A stretch of DNA of 64,000 bases, taken from contig OZ360230.1 of the NCBI GenBank assembly GCA_977017645.1, positions 31,558,001-31,622,000 of the forward strand, written 5' to 3'. Origin of the DNA: Torpedo marmorata (Eukaryota). The position numbers and the translations under genes are program-made. Every line of letters begins with the position of its first letter. Position 1 is the first letter of the stretch. Below the pieces are notes generated by a model that saw nothing but the letters and a program-made list of their open reading frames with translations, made no database searches and had not been told where the DNA came from. This document shows positions 1-12,311 of the stretch, piece by piece.

Positions 1-147
1 CTCTCCCCACTACAACTTCAATTTCGACGACACCAATCACTACGGAGACAACGAGCACAACAACCACACAGAGCTCCACTCCTCCAGGAACAACTGACAC
101 TACGACAACTTCAACAACTGATGTCAGCTCCACATCAACAGGAATTT
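1..147 (+). CDS. PTS exon A1 (5' end outside window)
   Basis: ...TTDVSSTSTGI then GTAAGT donor at 148. Confidence 0.8.
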
Positions 148-718
148 GTAAGTTGCAAATACTCTGTCCATGAAAAATTGAATTCATCCTCTGTTAACAA
201 ATAAAGTAACACAGAAAACTTGATTGAAACAAAATTAGTCAGTGATGGAAAAAGGTGCCGAGTAAATTGTACTTTGTCTTTTGTATTGTCACTTTCTCAA
301 AAGAAAAAGGAACAACTTGATTGAATTTCAGGTTCGATTCTGTTTGTGAATCAACTTGAAAATCATTTGCGACCAAATGATCTACTCTAGCGCCATGTAT
401 TCCATTTTCAATCATTTTTGTCACAACTAATCCAGCTGCAAGCATTCCTATTGATCTTCTCTTGTTTCAAATAATGCTGATGCAAGTCGGAACATTTCAG
501 TTCCGTCACTTTTAAACTACACCCACTGTGAATACATCTGATGCAAGCACACTTGTTTGGAACCCCAAATGTATAAATATGTCTGAAGACATCTTTATAG
601 AATGGGTTTTTGCCCAGACACTTCATCTGTGTATCAATTGCTAACTTGTTTTGAGTGAGTAAGAAAAAAAAAATCATTTCATGGATTATCAATCATGAGT
701 AACTATGTTTCATTGCAG

Positions 719-892
719 CTTCAACAACCCCTCCTACGACAACTACATCCCCTGCTACAACTTCAACATCCATGACACCATTCACTTCGGAGACACCGAG
801 CACAACAACATCGCAGAGCTCCACTCCTCCCCCAACAAGTGAAACTACCATGTCTACAACAACTGATGTCAGTTCAACAACAACAGTAATTT
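719..892 (+). CDS. PTS exon B1 (174 bp)
   Basis: TTGCAG acceptor, GTAAGT donor, open frame STTPPTTTTSPA...DVSSTTTVI. Confidence 0.8.
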
Positions 893-1362
893 GTAAGTTG
901 GTAACGCTATGTCCATGAACAAAAGAGTATCACTCTCAGTAACTAAATAAATAACACAGATCAACTGGATTGACTGACATGAGCTATTGAGACTGTTAAT
1001 TATTATCAATGTCAGAAAATGCTAAATAGTCCACTCCGGTTATCACTGTCCCTTTTTCTATCATATGTGTCACAACTCGTTCCAATGCAAATGTCCTGAA
1101 GATTAACTAAAGTTGTACACAATTTTCATGTTTCCGCAATCCCGTTTCAAATACTCATATTACCGCTCCTATACAGGTGAGCATGATTCAGTCGCTCTAA
1201 CCTCAAACACACAACATTAATAACATGTAAAGCCTTGATTACATAAGGTACAGTCAACCTGGAAATTTGCACTCTGTATCACGAGCATACATGCTGTAAA
1301 ATAACAACAAAATCATTTAATTTCATATGATATTCCAAGCTGAATATCTATGTTTAATGCAA

Positions 1363-1533
1363 TTATAACTTCTCCAGCTTCAACTACTCTCCCCACAACA
1401 ATTTCATCATCTACTGCACCAATCACTATGGAGAGAACGAGCACAACAACCACACAGAGCTCCGCTCCTCCAAGAACAACTGACACTCCGACATCTACAA
1501 CAACTGATGTCAGTTCCACAACAACAGGAATTT
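1363..1533 (+). pseudogene. Exon-like copy C1 with both splice sites mutated
   Basis: Paralog of exon A but acceptor GCAA (not GCAG) and donor ATGAGT (not GT). Confidence 0.7.
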
Positions 1534-2121
1534 ATGAGTTGCAAATGCTCTGTCCATGAAAAATTGAATTCATCCTCTGTTTATAAATAAAGTAACACAG
1601 ATAAACTTGATTGAAATAAAATTAGTAAGTGGAGGTTACAGGTGATGAGTGAATAGTTCATTGTCTTTTGTCTTGACACTTTCAAGAAAGATAATGAATA
1701 ACTTGATTGAATTTCAGGATCGATTCTGATCGTGAATTATCTTGAAAATCAATTGCATTCAAATGATCAACTCTTGCTCCAAGTATTCCGTTTTCAATCA
1801 ATTTTGTCACAATTAATCCAGCTGCAAGCATTCCTATTGAATTTCTCACGTTGCAAATTATGCTGATGAAAATCAGTGTTTCACTTCCATCACTTTTGAC
1901 TACTCATATTTCAACTCTTCCCACTAAGACACAAGTACAGGTGATACAAGCACACTTGCTTCAAAGCCCAATTGTATAAATATGTCTATACACAGCTTTA
2001 TAGAATATGGTGTTACCCAGACACTTCGATCATGTTTCAGTTGCTAAATTGTTTTGAGTTAATAAGAGAGAAATAATCATTTCATGCAATAACTATATTG
2101 TGTATCCATGTTTCAATGCAG

Positions 2122-2295
2122 CTACAACAAACACTGCTACGACAAGTACACCCACTGCTCCAACTTCAACATCCACGACACCATTCACTTCGGAGACCAT
2201 GAGCACAATAACAACATCGCAGAGCTCGACTCCTTCATCAACAAGTCAAACTACCACGTCTACAACAACTGATGTCAGTTCCACAACAGAAATTT
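2122..2295 (+). CDS. PTS exon D1 (174 bp)
   Basis: AATGCAG acceptor, GTAAGT donor, TTNTATTSTP...DVSSTTEI. Confidence 0.8.
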
Positions 2296-2372
2296 GTAAG
2301 TAGTAAACGCAATATCCATTAACTATAGAGGATCACTCTCAGAAAGCATATAAAGTAACACAGACCAACTGG

Positions 2373-4053
2373 CTCATCGGGCTGTGATGGCTCAGCTCAT
2401 CAGGCTGTTATGCTTCACTACCCGATGAGCTGAACAACTTCTATGCCCGCTTTGAGAAGAAGAACCAAACAGTGCCTACTAGAATCCCTGAAAAGGCTGA
2501 GGTCCCTGTGATATCTGTCTCTGAGGGCGACGTCAGAACATCATTCAAGAGGGTGAACCCTCGCAAGGCGTCAGGCCCTGACGGCGTACCTGGCATGGTA
2601 CTGAAAATCTGCGCCACCCAACTAGCCGTTGTGTTCGCGGACATTTTCAACCTCTCATTGCGGCAGTCAGAGGTTCCCACCTGCTTCAAAAGGGCATCAA
2701 TCATCCTTGTTCCCAAGAAGAGTAATGTGAGCTGCCTCAACGACTACCTCCCAGTAACATTAACTTCTACTGTGATGAAATGCTTTGAGAGGCTGTTCAT
2801 GGCCAGAAATAAAACATACCTAAACAAAGATCTGGACCCACTGCAACTCGCCTATCGTCACAATCACTCCACAGCAGATGCAATATCGCTGGCTCTCCAC
2901 TCAGCTCTGGATCACCTCGAAAACAGCAATTCATACCTACGACTGCTCTTCATCGACTACAGCTCGGCGTTCAATACCATTATTCACTCAGTGCTGGTCA
3001 AGAAGCTACTAGCTCGAGGCCTCTGTACCTTTCTCTGCAACTGGATCCTTGACTTTCTCATCGGAAGATCACAGTCAGTACGAATTGGAAACAACATCTC
3101 CTCCTCACTGATTATCAACACAGGAGCACCCAAAGGATGCATGCTTAGCCCACTGCTCTACTCGTTATACAACCATGAATGTGTGACTAGGCACAATTCC
3201 AATGCCATCTACATGTTTGCCGATGACACCACAGTTGTCGGCAGATTCACAAACGGCAATGAGGAAGCATACTGGAGGGAGACAGATCAGCTCATTGAAT
3301 GGTGTAACGACAACAACCTTGCATCATCAAAACCAAGGATATGATTGTGGACTTCAGGAGAAAGTCAGGGGAACACGACCCAATCCTCATTGAGGGTTGA
3401 GTAGTGGAGAGGGTCAAGAACTTCAAATTCCTGGGTGTCAACATCTCCGAGGATCTGTCCTGGAGCCTACACTTTGATGCAATCAGAAAGAAGGCTCGTC
3501 AGCGGCTATACTTTATGAGGTGTCTGAGGAGATTCAGTATGTCACCGAAGACTCTCGTAAACTTCTACAGGTGTACCGTGGAGAGCATTTTGGCTGGTTG
3601 CATCACTGCCTGGTATGAAGGTGCCAACTCTCAGGACAAGAGAAAACTGCAGAGGGTTGTTAACTCAGCCTTTGACATCACAGGCCCAAGACTTCACTCC
3701 ATCGAGGACATCTCCATGAGGCGCTGTCTTAAAAAAGCAGCCTCCATCCACAAGGACCCCCACCACCCAGGCCATGCCCTCTTCACTCTGCTACCATCGG
3801 GAAAAAGGTACAGGAGCCTAAAAACGAGCACTCAACGGCACAAGGACAGCTTCTAACCCGCTGCCATCAGATTCCTGAATAATCAATGAACCAAAGACTG
3901 CCTTACTTTTCGTGCACTATTATTTATATATATATATTTTCTTTTATATAGTAATATCGTAAGATAGTTATAATGTGAATGCTTGCACTATGATGCTACC
4001 GCAAAACACTGAATTTCATGACTTGTTCATGACAATAAATTCTGATTCTGATT
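2373..4053 (+). mobile_element. 5'-truncated Rex1/Babar-type LINE (RT pseudogene), copy 1
   Basis: Motifs KASGPDG, FIDYSSAFNTI, GAPKGC, FADDT, FKFLGV, KDPHHP; frameshift and stops; (TTCTGA)n tail. Confidence 0.88.
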
Positions 4054-4159
4054 CTGGTTTGACTCTCATGAGCAATTGAGACTGTGAACCATTATGAAAG
4101 TCAAAAACTGGTAAATAGTCTACTATGGTTGTCACTGCCCGTTTTCTAACATACGTATC

Positions 4160-5043
4160 TGTTGTGTTGAGAAAGAGTATCTGGTTTGGTGGGTTCACAG
4201 AGAGACAATTCTGGACACAAGGGTTTGCAAATCACATGTAACTTTTATTAACACACAACAATTTATAGAAGATTGTGGGAAATCGTAATGGGAATAAAAC
4301 ACACCCGCACACAATTTATAAAAGAGCTTGGCAAAATCGTAACGGGAATAAAACACACACGAGCACAATTTATAAAAGAGTGTGGGAAAATCGTAACGGG
4401 AATAAAACACACACACACACAATTTATAAAAGAGCATGGTAAAATCGTAACGGGAAACAAACAAAGTGGAGAACGTTAAAGAGTACACAATTTCTAATTC
4501 ACACAGGCAATGCAGACATTCACACACTATAAGCAGGGGTTCTACACACGTTCCCGGATCCCTGATCATTGGAAGGTGGCCCTAATACACACTACACACA
4601 GGGGTGTACACATGCTCCCGGACCCCTGATCGTTGGGAGTGACGGATCAACTGTACATATTGATCGATAGCAATTTGATCTATAGCAACACTACGGCTCA
4701 GCTTCAGTGCAGTGCACACCTTACCTGCGACCCTTCCAAGCGACGTCCATAGTAGCGACCTGGTATGGAGCAGTATCCGGGGCTCAGAGCATGAGTGAGA
4801 GAGAGTGAAATGTTCGCTGTGCTGGCGCTAAATACAGTACTAATCTGTGTGTCTAGCCTATAGTGACGCTGAGTGATTTGAATTAGCCAACAGAAAGGTG
4901 TGCACTAATTAGTGGCCGGTGTCCAACCTTGACTGACAGGTGATATGAATTCCGAATAAGTTCCATACGGGGAAGACACGTGACCACTCGCAATACACAC
5001 ATTCCAGACAAGAAGGGAGGCCACATCTCCTCCACACACAACA
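4160..5043 (-). mobile_element. Solo LTR, copy 1 (884 bp)
   Basis: TGTTGTGT...ACACAACA inverted ends; GTATC duplicated at 4155-4159 and 5044-5048; interrupts sequence contiguous in the paralogous B-C intron; strand inferred only from AATAAA on the minus strand near 4245. Confidence 0.8.
4258..4460. repeat. 54 bp minisatellite inside the solo LTR (recurs in every unit; one copy fewer in units 7-8)
   Basis: ACAATTTATAAAAGAG...AAAATCGTAACGGGAATAAAACACAC repeats at 4311, 4365, 4419. Confidence 0.9.
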
Positions 5044-5354
5044 GTATCACAACAAGTTCCTATGCAAATGTCCTGACGATCAACTCCAGTTGTACGCAAT
5101 TTTCACGTATCTTCATATGTTTCCCCCACTCCAGTTTCAATGGTTCATACTACAACTACTATCACAGGTGAACCTGATTCTATCACTCTTGCTTCAAACA
5201 CCCAACTTTAATAACATGTAAAGCCTTGATTACACAAGGCCTCGTCAACTTGGAACTTTCTGCTTTTAATCACGAGCATACATGTTGTGAGTTAACAACT
5301 AAGTCATTACATTTCACATGATATTCAATGCTCAATTTCTATGCTTAAATGCAG

Positions 5355-5525
5355 TGACAACCTCTCCAGCTACAACTACTCTCCCCACTACAACTTCAAT
5401 TTCGACGACACCAATCACTACGGAGACAACAAGCACAACAACCACACAGAGCTCCACTCCTCCAGGAACAACTGACACTACGACAACTTCAACAACTGAT
5501 GTCAGCTCCACATCAACAGGAATTT
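5355..5525 (+). CDS. PTS exon A2 (171 bp)
   Basis: AAATGCAG / GTAAGT, open frame. Confidence 0.8.
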
Positions 5526-6096
5526 GTAAGTTGCAAATACTCTGTCCATGAAAAATTGAATTCATCCTCTGTTAAAAAATAAAGTAACACAGAAAACTTG
5601 ATTGAAACAAAATTAGTCAATGAAGGAAAAAGGTGCCGAGTAAATTGTACTTTGTCTTTTGTATTGTCACTTTCTCAAAAGAAAAAGGAACAACTTGATT
5701 GAATTTCAGGTTCGATTCTGTTTGTGAATCAACTTGAAAATCATTTGCGACCAAATGATCTACTCTAGCGCCATGTATTCCATTTTCAATCATTTTTGTC
5801 ACAACTAATCCAGCTGCAAGCATTCCTATTGATCTTCTCTTGTTTCAAATAATGCTGATGCAAGTCGGAACATTTCAGTTCCGTCACTTTTAAACTACAC
5901 CCACTGTGAATACATCTGATGCAAGCACACTTGTTTGGAACCCCAAATGTATAAATATGTCTGAAGACATCTTTATAGAATGGGTTTTTGCCCAGACACT
6001 TCATCTGTGTATCAATTGCTAACTTGTTTTGAGTGAGTAAGAAAAAAAAAATCATTTCATGGATTATCAATCATGAGTAACTATGTTTCATTGCAG

Positions 6097-6270
6097 CTTC
6101 AAAAACCCCTCCTACGACAACTACATCCCCTGCTACAACTTCAACATCCATGACACCATTCACTTCGGAGACACCGAGCACAACAACATCGCAGAGCTCC
6201 ACTCCTCCCCCAACAAGTGAAACTACCATGTCTACAACAACTGATGTCAGTTCAACAACAACAGTAATTT
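6097..6270 (+). CDS. PTS exon B2
   Basis: As B1. Confidence 0.8.
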
Positions 6271-6740
6271 GTAAGTTGGTAACGCTATGTCCATGAACAA
6301 AAGAGTATCAATCTCCGTAACTAAATAAATAAAACAGATCAACTGGATTGACTGACATGAGCTATTGAGACTGTTAATTATTATCAATGTCAGAAAATGG
6401 TAAATAGTCCACTCCGGTTATCACTGTCCCTTTTTCTATCATATGTGTCACAACTCGTTCCAATGCAAATGTCCTGAAGATTAACTAAAGTTGTACACAA
6501 TTTTCATGTTTCCGCAATCCCGTTTCAAATACTCATATTACCGCTCCTATACAGGTGAGCATGATTCAGTCGCTCTAACCTCAAACACACAACATTAATA
6601 ACATGTAAAGCCTTGATTACATAAGGTACAGTCAACCTGGAAATTTGCACTCTGTATCACGAGCATACATGCTGTAAAATAACAACAAAATCATTTAATT
6701 TCATATGATATTCCAAGCTGAATATCTATGTTTAATGCAA

Positions 6741-6911
6741 TTATAACTTCTCCAGCTTCAACTACTCTCCCCACAACAATTTCATCATCTACTGCACCAA
6801 TCACTATGGAGAGAACGAGCACAACAACCACACAGAGCTCCGCTCCTCCAAGAACAACTGACACTCCGACATCTACAACAACTGATGTCAGTTCCACAAC
6901 AACAGGAATTT
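6741..6911 (+). pseudogene. Exon-like copy C2
   Basis: GCAA / ATGAGT boundaries. Confidence 0.7.
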
Positions 6912-7499
6912 ATGAGTTGCAAATGCTCTGTCCATAAAAAATTGAATTCATCCTCTGTTTATAAATAAAGTAACACAGATAAACTTGATTGAAATAAAAT
7001 TAGTAAGTGGAGGTTACAGGTGATGAGTGAATAGTTCATTGTCTTTTGTCTTGACACTTTCAAGAAAGATAATGAATAACTTGATTGAATTTCAGGATCG
7101 ATTCTGATCGTGAATTATCTTGAAAATCAATTGCATTCAAATGATCAACTCTTGCTCCAAGTATTCCGTTTTCAATCAATTTTGTCACAATTAATCCAGC
7201 TGCAAGCATTCCTATTGAATTTCTCATGTTGCAAATTATGCTGATGAAAATCAGTGTTTCACTTCCATCACTTTTGACTACTCATATTTCAACTCTTCCC
7301 ACTAAGACACAAGTACAGGTGATACAAGCACACTTGCTTCAAAGCCCAATTGTATAAATATGTCTATACACAGCTTTATAGAATATGGTGTTACCCAGAC
7401 ACTTCGATCATGTTTCAGTTGCTAAATTGTTTTGAGTTAATAAGAGAGAAATAATCATTTCATGCAATAACTATATTGTGTATCCATGTTTCAATGCAG

Positions 7500-7673
7500 C
7501 TACAACAAACACTGCTACGACAAGTACACCCACTGCTCCAACTTCAACATCCACGACACCATTCACTTCGGAGACCATGAGCACAATAACAACATCGCAG
7601 AGCTCGACTCCTTCATCAACAAGTCAAACTACCACGTCTACAACAACTGATGTCAGTTCCACAACAGAAATTT
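7500..7673 (+). CDS. PTS exon D2
   Basis: As D1. Confidence 0.8.
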
Positions 7674-7750
7674 GTAAGTAGTAAACGCAATATCCATTAA
7701 CTATAGAGGATCACTCTCAGAAAGCATATAAAGTAACACAGACCAACTGG

Positions 7751-9306
7751 CTCATCGGGCTGTGATGGCTCAGCTCATCAGGCTGTTATGCTTCACTACC
7801 CGATGAGCTGAACAACTTCTATGCCCGCTTTGAGAAGAAGAACCAAACAGTGCCTACTAGAATCCCTGAAAAGGCTGAGGTCCCTGTGATATCTGTCTCT
7901 GAGGGCGACGTCAGAACATCATTCAAGAGGGTGAACCCTCGCAAGGTGTCAGGCCCTGACGGCGTACCTGGCATGGTACTGAAAATCTGCGCCACCCAAC
8001 TAGACGTTGTGTTCGCGGACATTTTCAACCTCTCATTGCGGCAGTCAGAGGTTCCCACCTGCTTCAAAAGGGCATCAATCATCCTTGTTCCCAAGAAGAG
8101 TAATGTGAGCTGCCTCAACGACTACCTCCCAGTAGCATTAACTTCTACTGTGATGAAATGCTTTGAGAGGCTGTTCATGGCCAGAAATAAAACATACCTA
8201 AGCAAAGATCTGGACCCACTGCAACTCGCCTATCGTCACAATCACTCCACAGCAGATGCAATATCGCTGGCTCTCCACTCAGCTCTGGATCACCTCGAAA
8301 ACAGCAATTCATACCTACGACTGCTCTTCATCGACTACAGCTCGGCGTTCAATACCATTATTCACTCAGTGCTGGTCAAGAAGCTACTAGCTCGAGGCCT
8401 CTGTACCTTTCTCTGCAACTGGATCCTTGACTTTCTCATCGGAAGATCACAGTCAGTACGAATTGGAAACAACATCTCCTCCTCACTGATTATCAACACA
8501 GGAGCACCCAAAGGATGCATGTTTAGCCCACTGCTCTACTCGTTATACAACCATGAATGTGTGACTAGGCACAATTCCAATGCCATCTACATGTTTGCCG
8601 ATGACACCACAGTTGTCGGCAGATTCACAAACGGCAATGAGGAAGCATACTGGAGGGAGACAGATCAGCTCATTGAATGGTGTAACGACAACAACCTTGC
8701 ATCATCAAAACCAAGGATATGATTGTGGACTTCAGGAGAAAGTCATGGGAACACGACCCAATCCTCATTGAGGGCTGAGTAGTGGAGAGGGTCAAGAACT
8801 TCAAATTCCTGGGTGTCAACATCTCCGAGGATCTGTCCTGGAGCCTACACTTTGATGCAATCAGAAAGAAGGCTCGTCAGCGGCTATACTTTATGAGGTG
8901 TCTGAGGAGATTCAGTATGTCACCGAAGACTCTCGTAAACTTCTACAGGTGTACCGTGGAGAGCATTTTGGCTGGTTGCATCACTGCCTGGTATGAAGGT
9001 GCCAACTCTCAGGACAAGAGAAAACTGCAGAGGGTTGTTAACTCAGCCTTTGACATCACAGGCCCAAGACTTCACTCCATCGAGGACATCTCCATGAGGC
9101 GCTGTCTTAAAAAAGCAGCCTCCATCCACAAGGACCCCCACCACCCAGGCCATGCCCTCTTCACTCTGCTACCATCGGGAAAAAGGTACAGGAGCCTAAA
9201 AACGAGCACTCAACGGCACAAGGACAGCTTCTAACCCGCTGCCATCAGATTCCTGAATAATCAATGAACCAAAGACACTGCCTTACTTTTCGTGCACTAT
9301 TATTTA

Positions 9307-9337
<31 letters not shown>

Positions 9338-9456
9338 TTCTTTTTTTTTCTTTTATATAGTAATATCGTAAGATGGTTATAATGTGAATGCTTGCACTAT
9401 GATGCTACCGCAAAACACTGAATTTCATGACTTGTTCATGACAATAAATTCTGATT
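7751..9456 (+). mobile_element. Rex1/Babar-type LINE fragment, copy 2
   Basis: ORFs 7850..8722 and 8782..9234. Confidence 0.88.
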
Positions 9457-9562
9457 CTGGTTTGACTCTCATGAGCAATTGAGACTGTGAACCATTATGA
9501 AAGTCAAAAACTGGTAAATAGTCTACTATGGTTGTCACTGCCCGTTTTCTAACATACGTATC

Positions 9563-10446
9563 TGTTGTGTTGAGAAAGAGTATCTGGTTTGGTGGGTTCA
9601 CAGAGAGACAATTCTGGACACAAGGGTTTGCAAATCACATGTAACTTTTATTAACACACAACAATTTATAGAAGATTGTGGGAAATCGTAATGGGAATAA
9701 AACACACCCGCACACAATTTATAAAAGAGCTTGGCAAAATCGTAACGGGAATAAAACACACACGAGCACAATTTATAAAAGAGTGTGGGAAAATCGTAAC
9801 GGGAATAAAACACACACACACACAATTTATAAAAGAGCATGGTAAAATCGTAACGGGAAACAAACAAAGTGGAGAACGTTAAAGAGTACACAATTTCTAA
9901 TTCACACAGGCAATGCAGACATTCACACACTATAAGCAGGGGTTCTACACACGTTCCCGGATCCCTGATCATTGGAAGGTGGCCCTAATACACACTACAC
10001 ACAGGGGTGTACACATGCTCCCGGACCCCTGATCGTTGGGAGTGACGGATCAACTGTAAATATTGATCGATAGCAATTTGATCTATAGCAACACTACGGC
10101 TCAGCTTCAGTGCAGTGCACACCTTACCTGCGACCCTTCCAAGCGACGTCCATAGTAGCGACCTGGTATGGAGCAGTATCCGGGGCTCAGAGCATGAGTG
10201 AGAGAGAGTGAAATGTTCGCTGTGCTGGCGCTAAATACAGTACTAATCTGTGTGTCTAGCCTATAGTGACGCTGAGTGATTTGAATTAGCCAACAGAAAG
10301 GTGTGCACTAATTAGTGGCCGGTGTCCAACCTTGACTGACAGGTGATATGAATTCCGAATAAGTTCCATACGGGGAAGACACGTGACCACTCGCAATGCA
10401 CACATTCCAGACAAGAAGGGAGGCCACATCTCCTCCACACACAACA
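9563..10446 (-). mobile_element. Solo LTR, copy 2
   Basis: Same ends and GTATC TSD. Confidence 0.8.
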
Positions 10447-10757
10447 GTATCACAACAAGTTCCTATGCAAATGTCCTGACGATCAACTCCAGTTGTACGC
10501 AATTTTCACGTATCTTCATATGTTTCCCCCACTCCAGTTTCAATGGTTCATACTACAACTACTATCACAGGTGAACCTGATTCTATCACTCTTGCTTCAA
10601 ACACCCAACTTTAATAACATGTAAAGCCTTGATTACACAAGGCCTCGTCAACTTGGAACTTTCTGCTTTTAATCACGAGCATACATGTTGTGAGTTAACA
10701 ACTAAGTCATTACATTTCACATGATATTCAATGCTCAAATTCTATGCTTAAATGCAG

Positions 10758-10925
10758 TGACAACCTCTCCAGCTACAACTACTCTCCCCACTACAACTTC
10801 AATTTCGACGACACCAATCACTACGGAGACAACAAGCACAACAACCACACAGAGCTCCACTCCTCCAGGAACAACTGACACGACAACTTCAACAACTGAT
10901 GTCAGCTCCACATCAACAGGAATTT
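10758..10925 (+). CDS. PTS exon A3 (168 bp, one-codon deletion)
   Basis: Splice sites intact; 3 bp shorter than A2. Confidence 0.8.
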
Positions 10926-11496
10926 GTAAGTTGCAAATACTCTGTCCATGAAAAATTGAATTCATCCTCTGTTAAAAAATAAAGTAACACAGAAAACTTG
11001 ATTGAAACAAAATTAGTCAGTGGAGGAAAAAGGTGCCGAGTAAATTGTACTTTGTCTTTTGTATTGTCACTTTCTCAAAAGAAAAAGGAACAACTTGATT
11101 GAATTTCAGGTTCGATTCTGTTTGTGAATCAACTTGAAAATCATTTGCGACCAAATGATCTACTCTAGCGCCATGTATTCCATTTTCAATCATTTTTGTC
11201 ACAACTAATCCAGCTGCAAGCATTCCTATTGATCTTCTCTTGTTTCAAATAATGCTGATGCAAGTCGGAACATTTCAGTTCCGTCACTTTTAAACTACAC
11301 CCACTGTGAATACATCTGATGCAAGCACACTTGTTTGGAACCCCAAATGTATAAATATGTCTGAAGACATCTTTATAGAATGGGTTTTTGCCCAGACACT
11401 TCATCTGTGTATCAATTGCTAACTTGTTTTGAGTGAGTAAGAAAAAAAAAATCATTTCATGGATTATCAATCATGAGTAACTATGTTTCATTGCAG

Positions 11497-11670
11497 CTTC
11501 AACAACCCCTCCTATGACAACTACATCCCCTGCTACAACTTCAACATCCATGACACCATTCACTTCGGAGACACCGAGCACAACAACATCGCAGAGCTCC
11601 ACTCCTCCCCCAACAAGTGAAACTACCATGTCTACAACAACTGATGTCAGTTCAACAACAACAGTAATTT
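11497..11670 (+). CDS. PTS exon B3
   Basis: As B1. Confidence 0.8.
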
Positions 11671-12140
11671 GTAAGTTGGTAACGCTATGTCCATGAACAA
11701 AAGAGTATCAATCTCCGTAACTAAATAAATAAAACAGATCAACTGGATTGACTGACATGAGCTATTGAGACTGTTAATTATTATCAATGTCAGAAAATGG
11801 TAAATAGTCCACTCCGGTTATCACTGTCCCTTTTTCTATCATATGTGTCACAACTCGTTCCAATGCAAATGTCCTGAAGATTAACTAAAGTTGTACACAA
11901 TTTTCATGTTTCCGCAATCCCGTTTCAAATACTCATATTACCGCTCCTATACAGGTGAGCATGATTCAGTCGCTCTAACCTCAAACACACAACATTAATA
12001 ACATGTAAAGCCTTGATTACATAAGGTACAGTCAACCTGGAAATTTGCACTCTGTATCACGAGCATACATGCTGTAAAATAACAACAAAATCATTTAATT
12101 TCATATGATATTCCAAGCTGAATATCTATGTTTAATGCAA

Positions 12141-12311
12141 TTATAACTTCTCCAGCTTCAACTACTCTCCCCACAACAATTTCATCATCTACTGCACCAA
12201 TCACTATGGAGAGAACGAGCACAACAACCACACAGAGCTCCGCTCCTCCAGGAACAACTGACACTCCGACATCTACAACAACTGATGTCAGTTCCACAAC
12301 AACAGGAATTT
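12141..12311 (+). pseudogene. Exon-like copy C3
   Basis: GCAA / ATGAGT boundaries. Confidence 0.7.

Noticed and set aside
239-692. Recurrent minus-strand ORFs (MLAAGLVV..., MIIHEMIF...) as small genes
   Set aside because: Intronic; they recur only because the unit is duplicated and are not maintained in the paralogous C-D intron
1534-1540. Copy C donor as a U12-type AT-AC intron
   Set aside because: ATGAGTT does not match the U12 donor ATATCCT and the next acceptor is AG
2472-3856. RT next to variable repeats as a diversity-generating retroelement or retron-like system
   Set aside because: The RT is a truncated Rex1/Babar LINE with stops and a frameshift; exon variants show no adenine-specific pattern; co-occurrence is explained by tandem duplication
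4258-4460. 54 bp repeats as a CRISPR array or an 18-aa repeat protein
   Set aside because: Head-to-tail minisatellite with no unique spacers, no cas genes, eukaryotic context, and it lies inside an LTR
5318-5551. Single-exon small Cys-flanked peptides (M..CLNA...ICKLQILCP)
   Set aside because: The Cys codons arise from splice-site sequence (ATTT|GTAAG and the acceptor region); exon B usually has no start codon; the exon model fits better
5332-5565. Val-rich minus-strand ORFs as membrane proteins
   Set aside because: Antisense shadow of ACN-rich Thr codons
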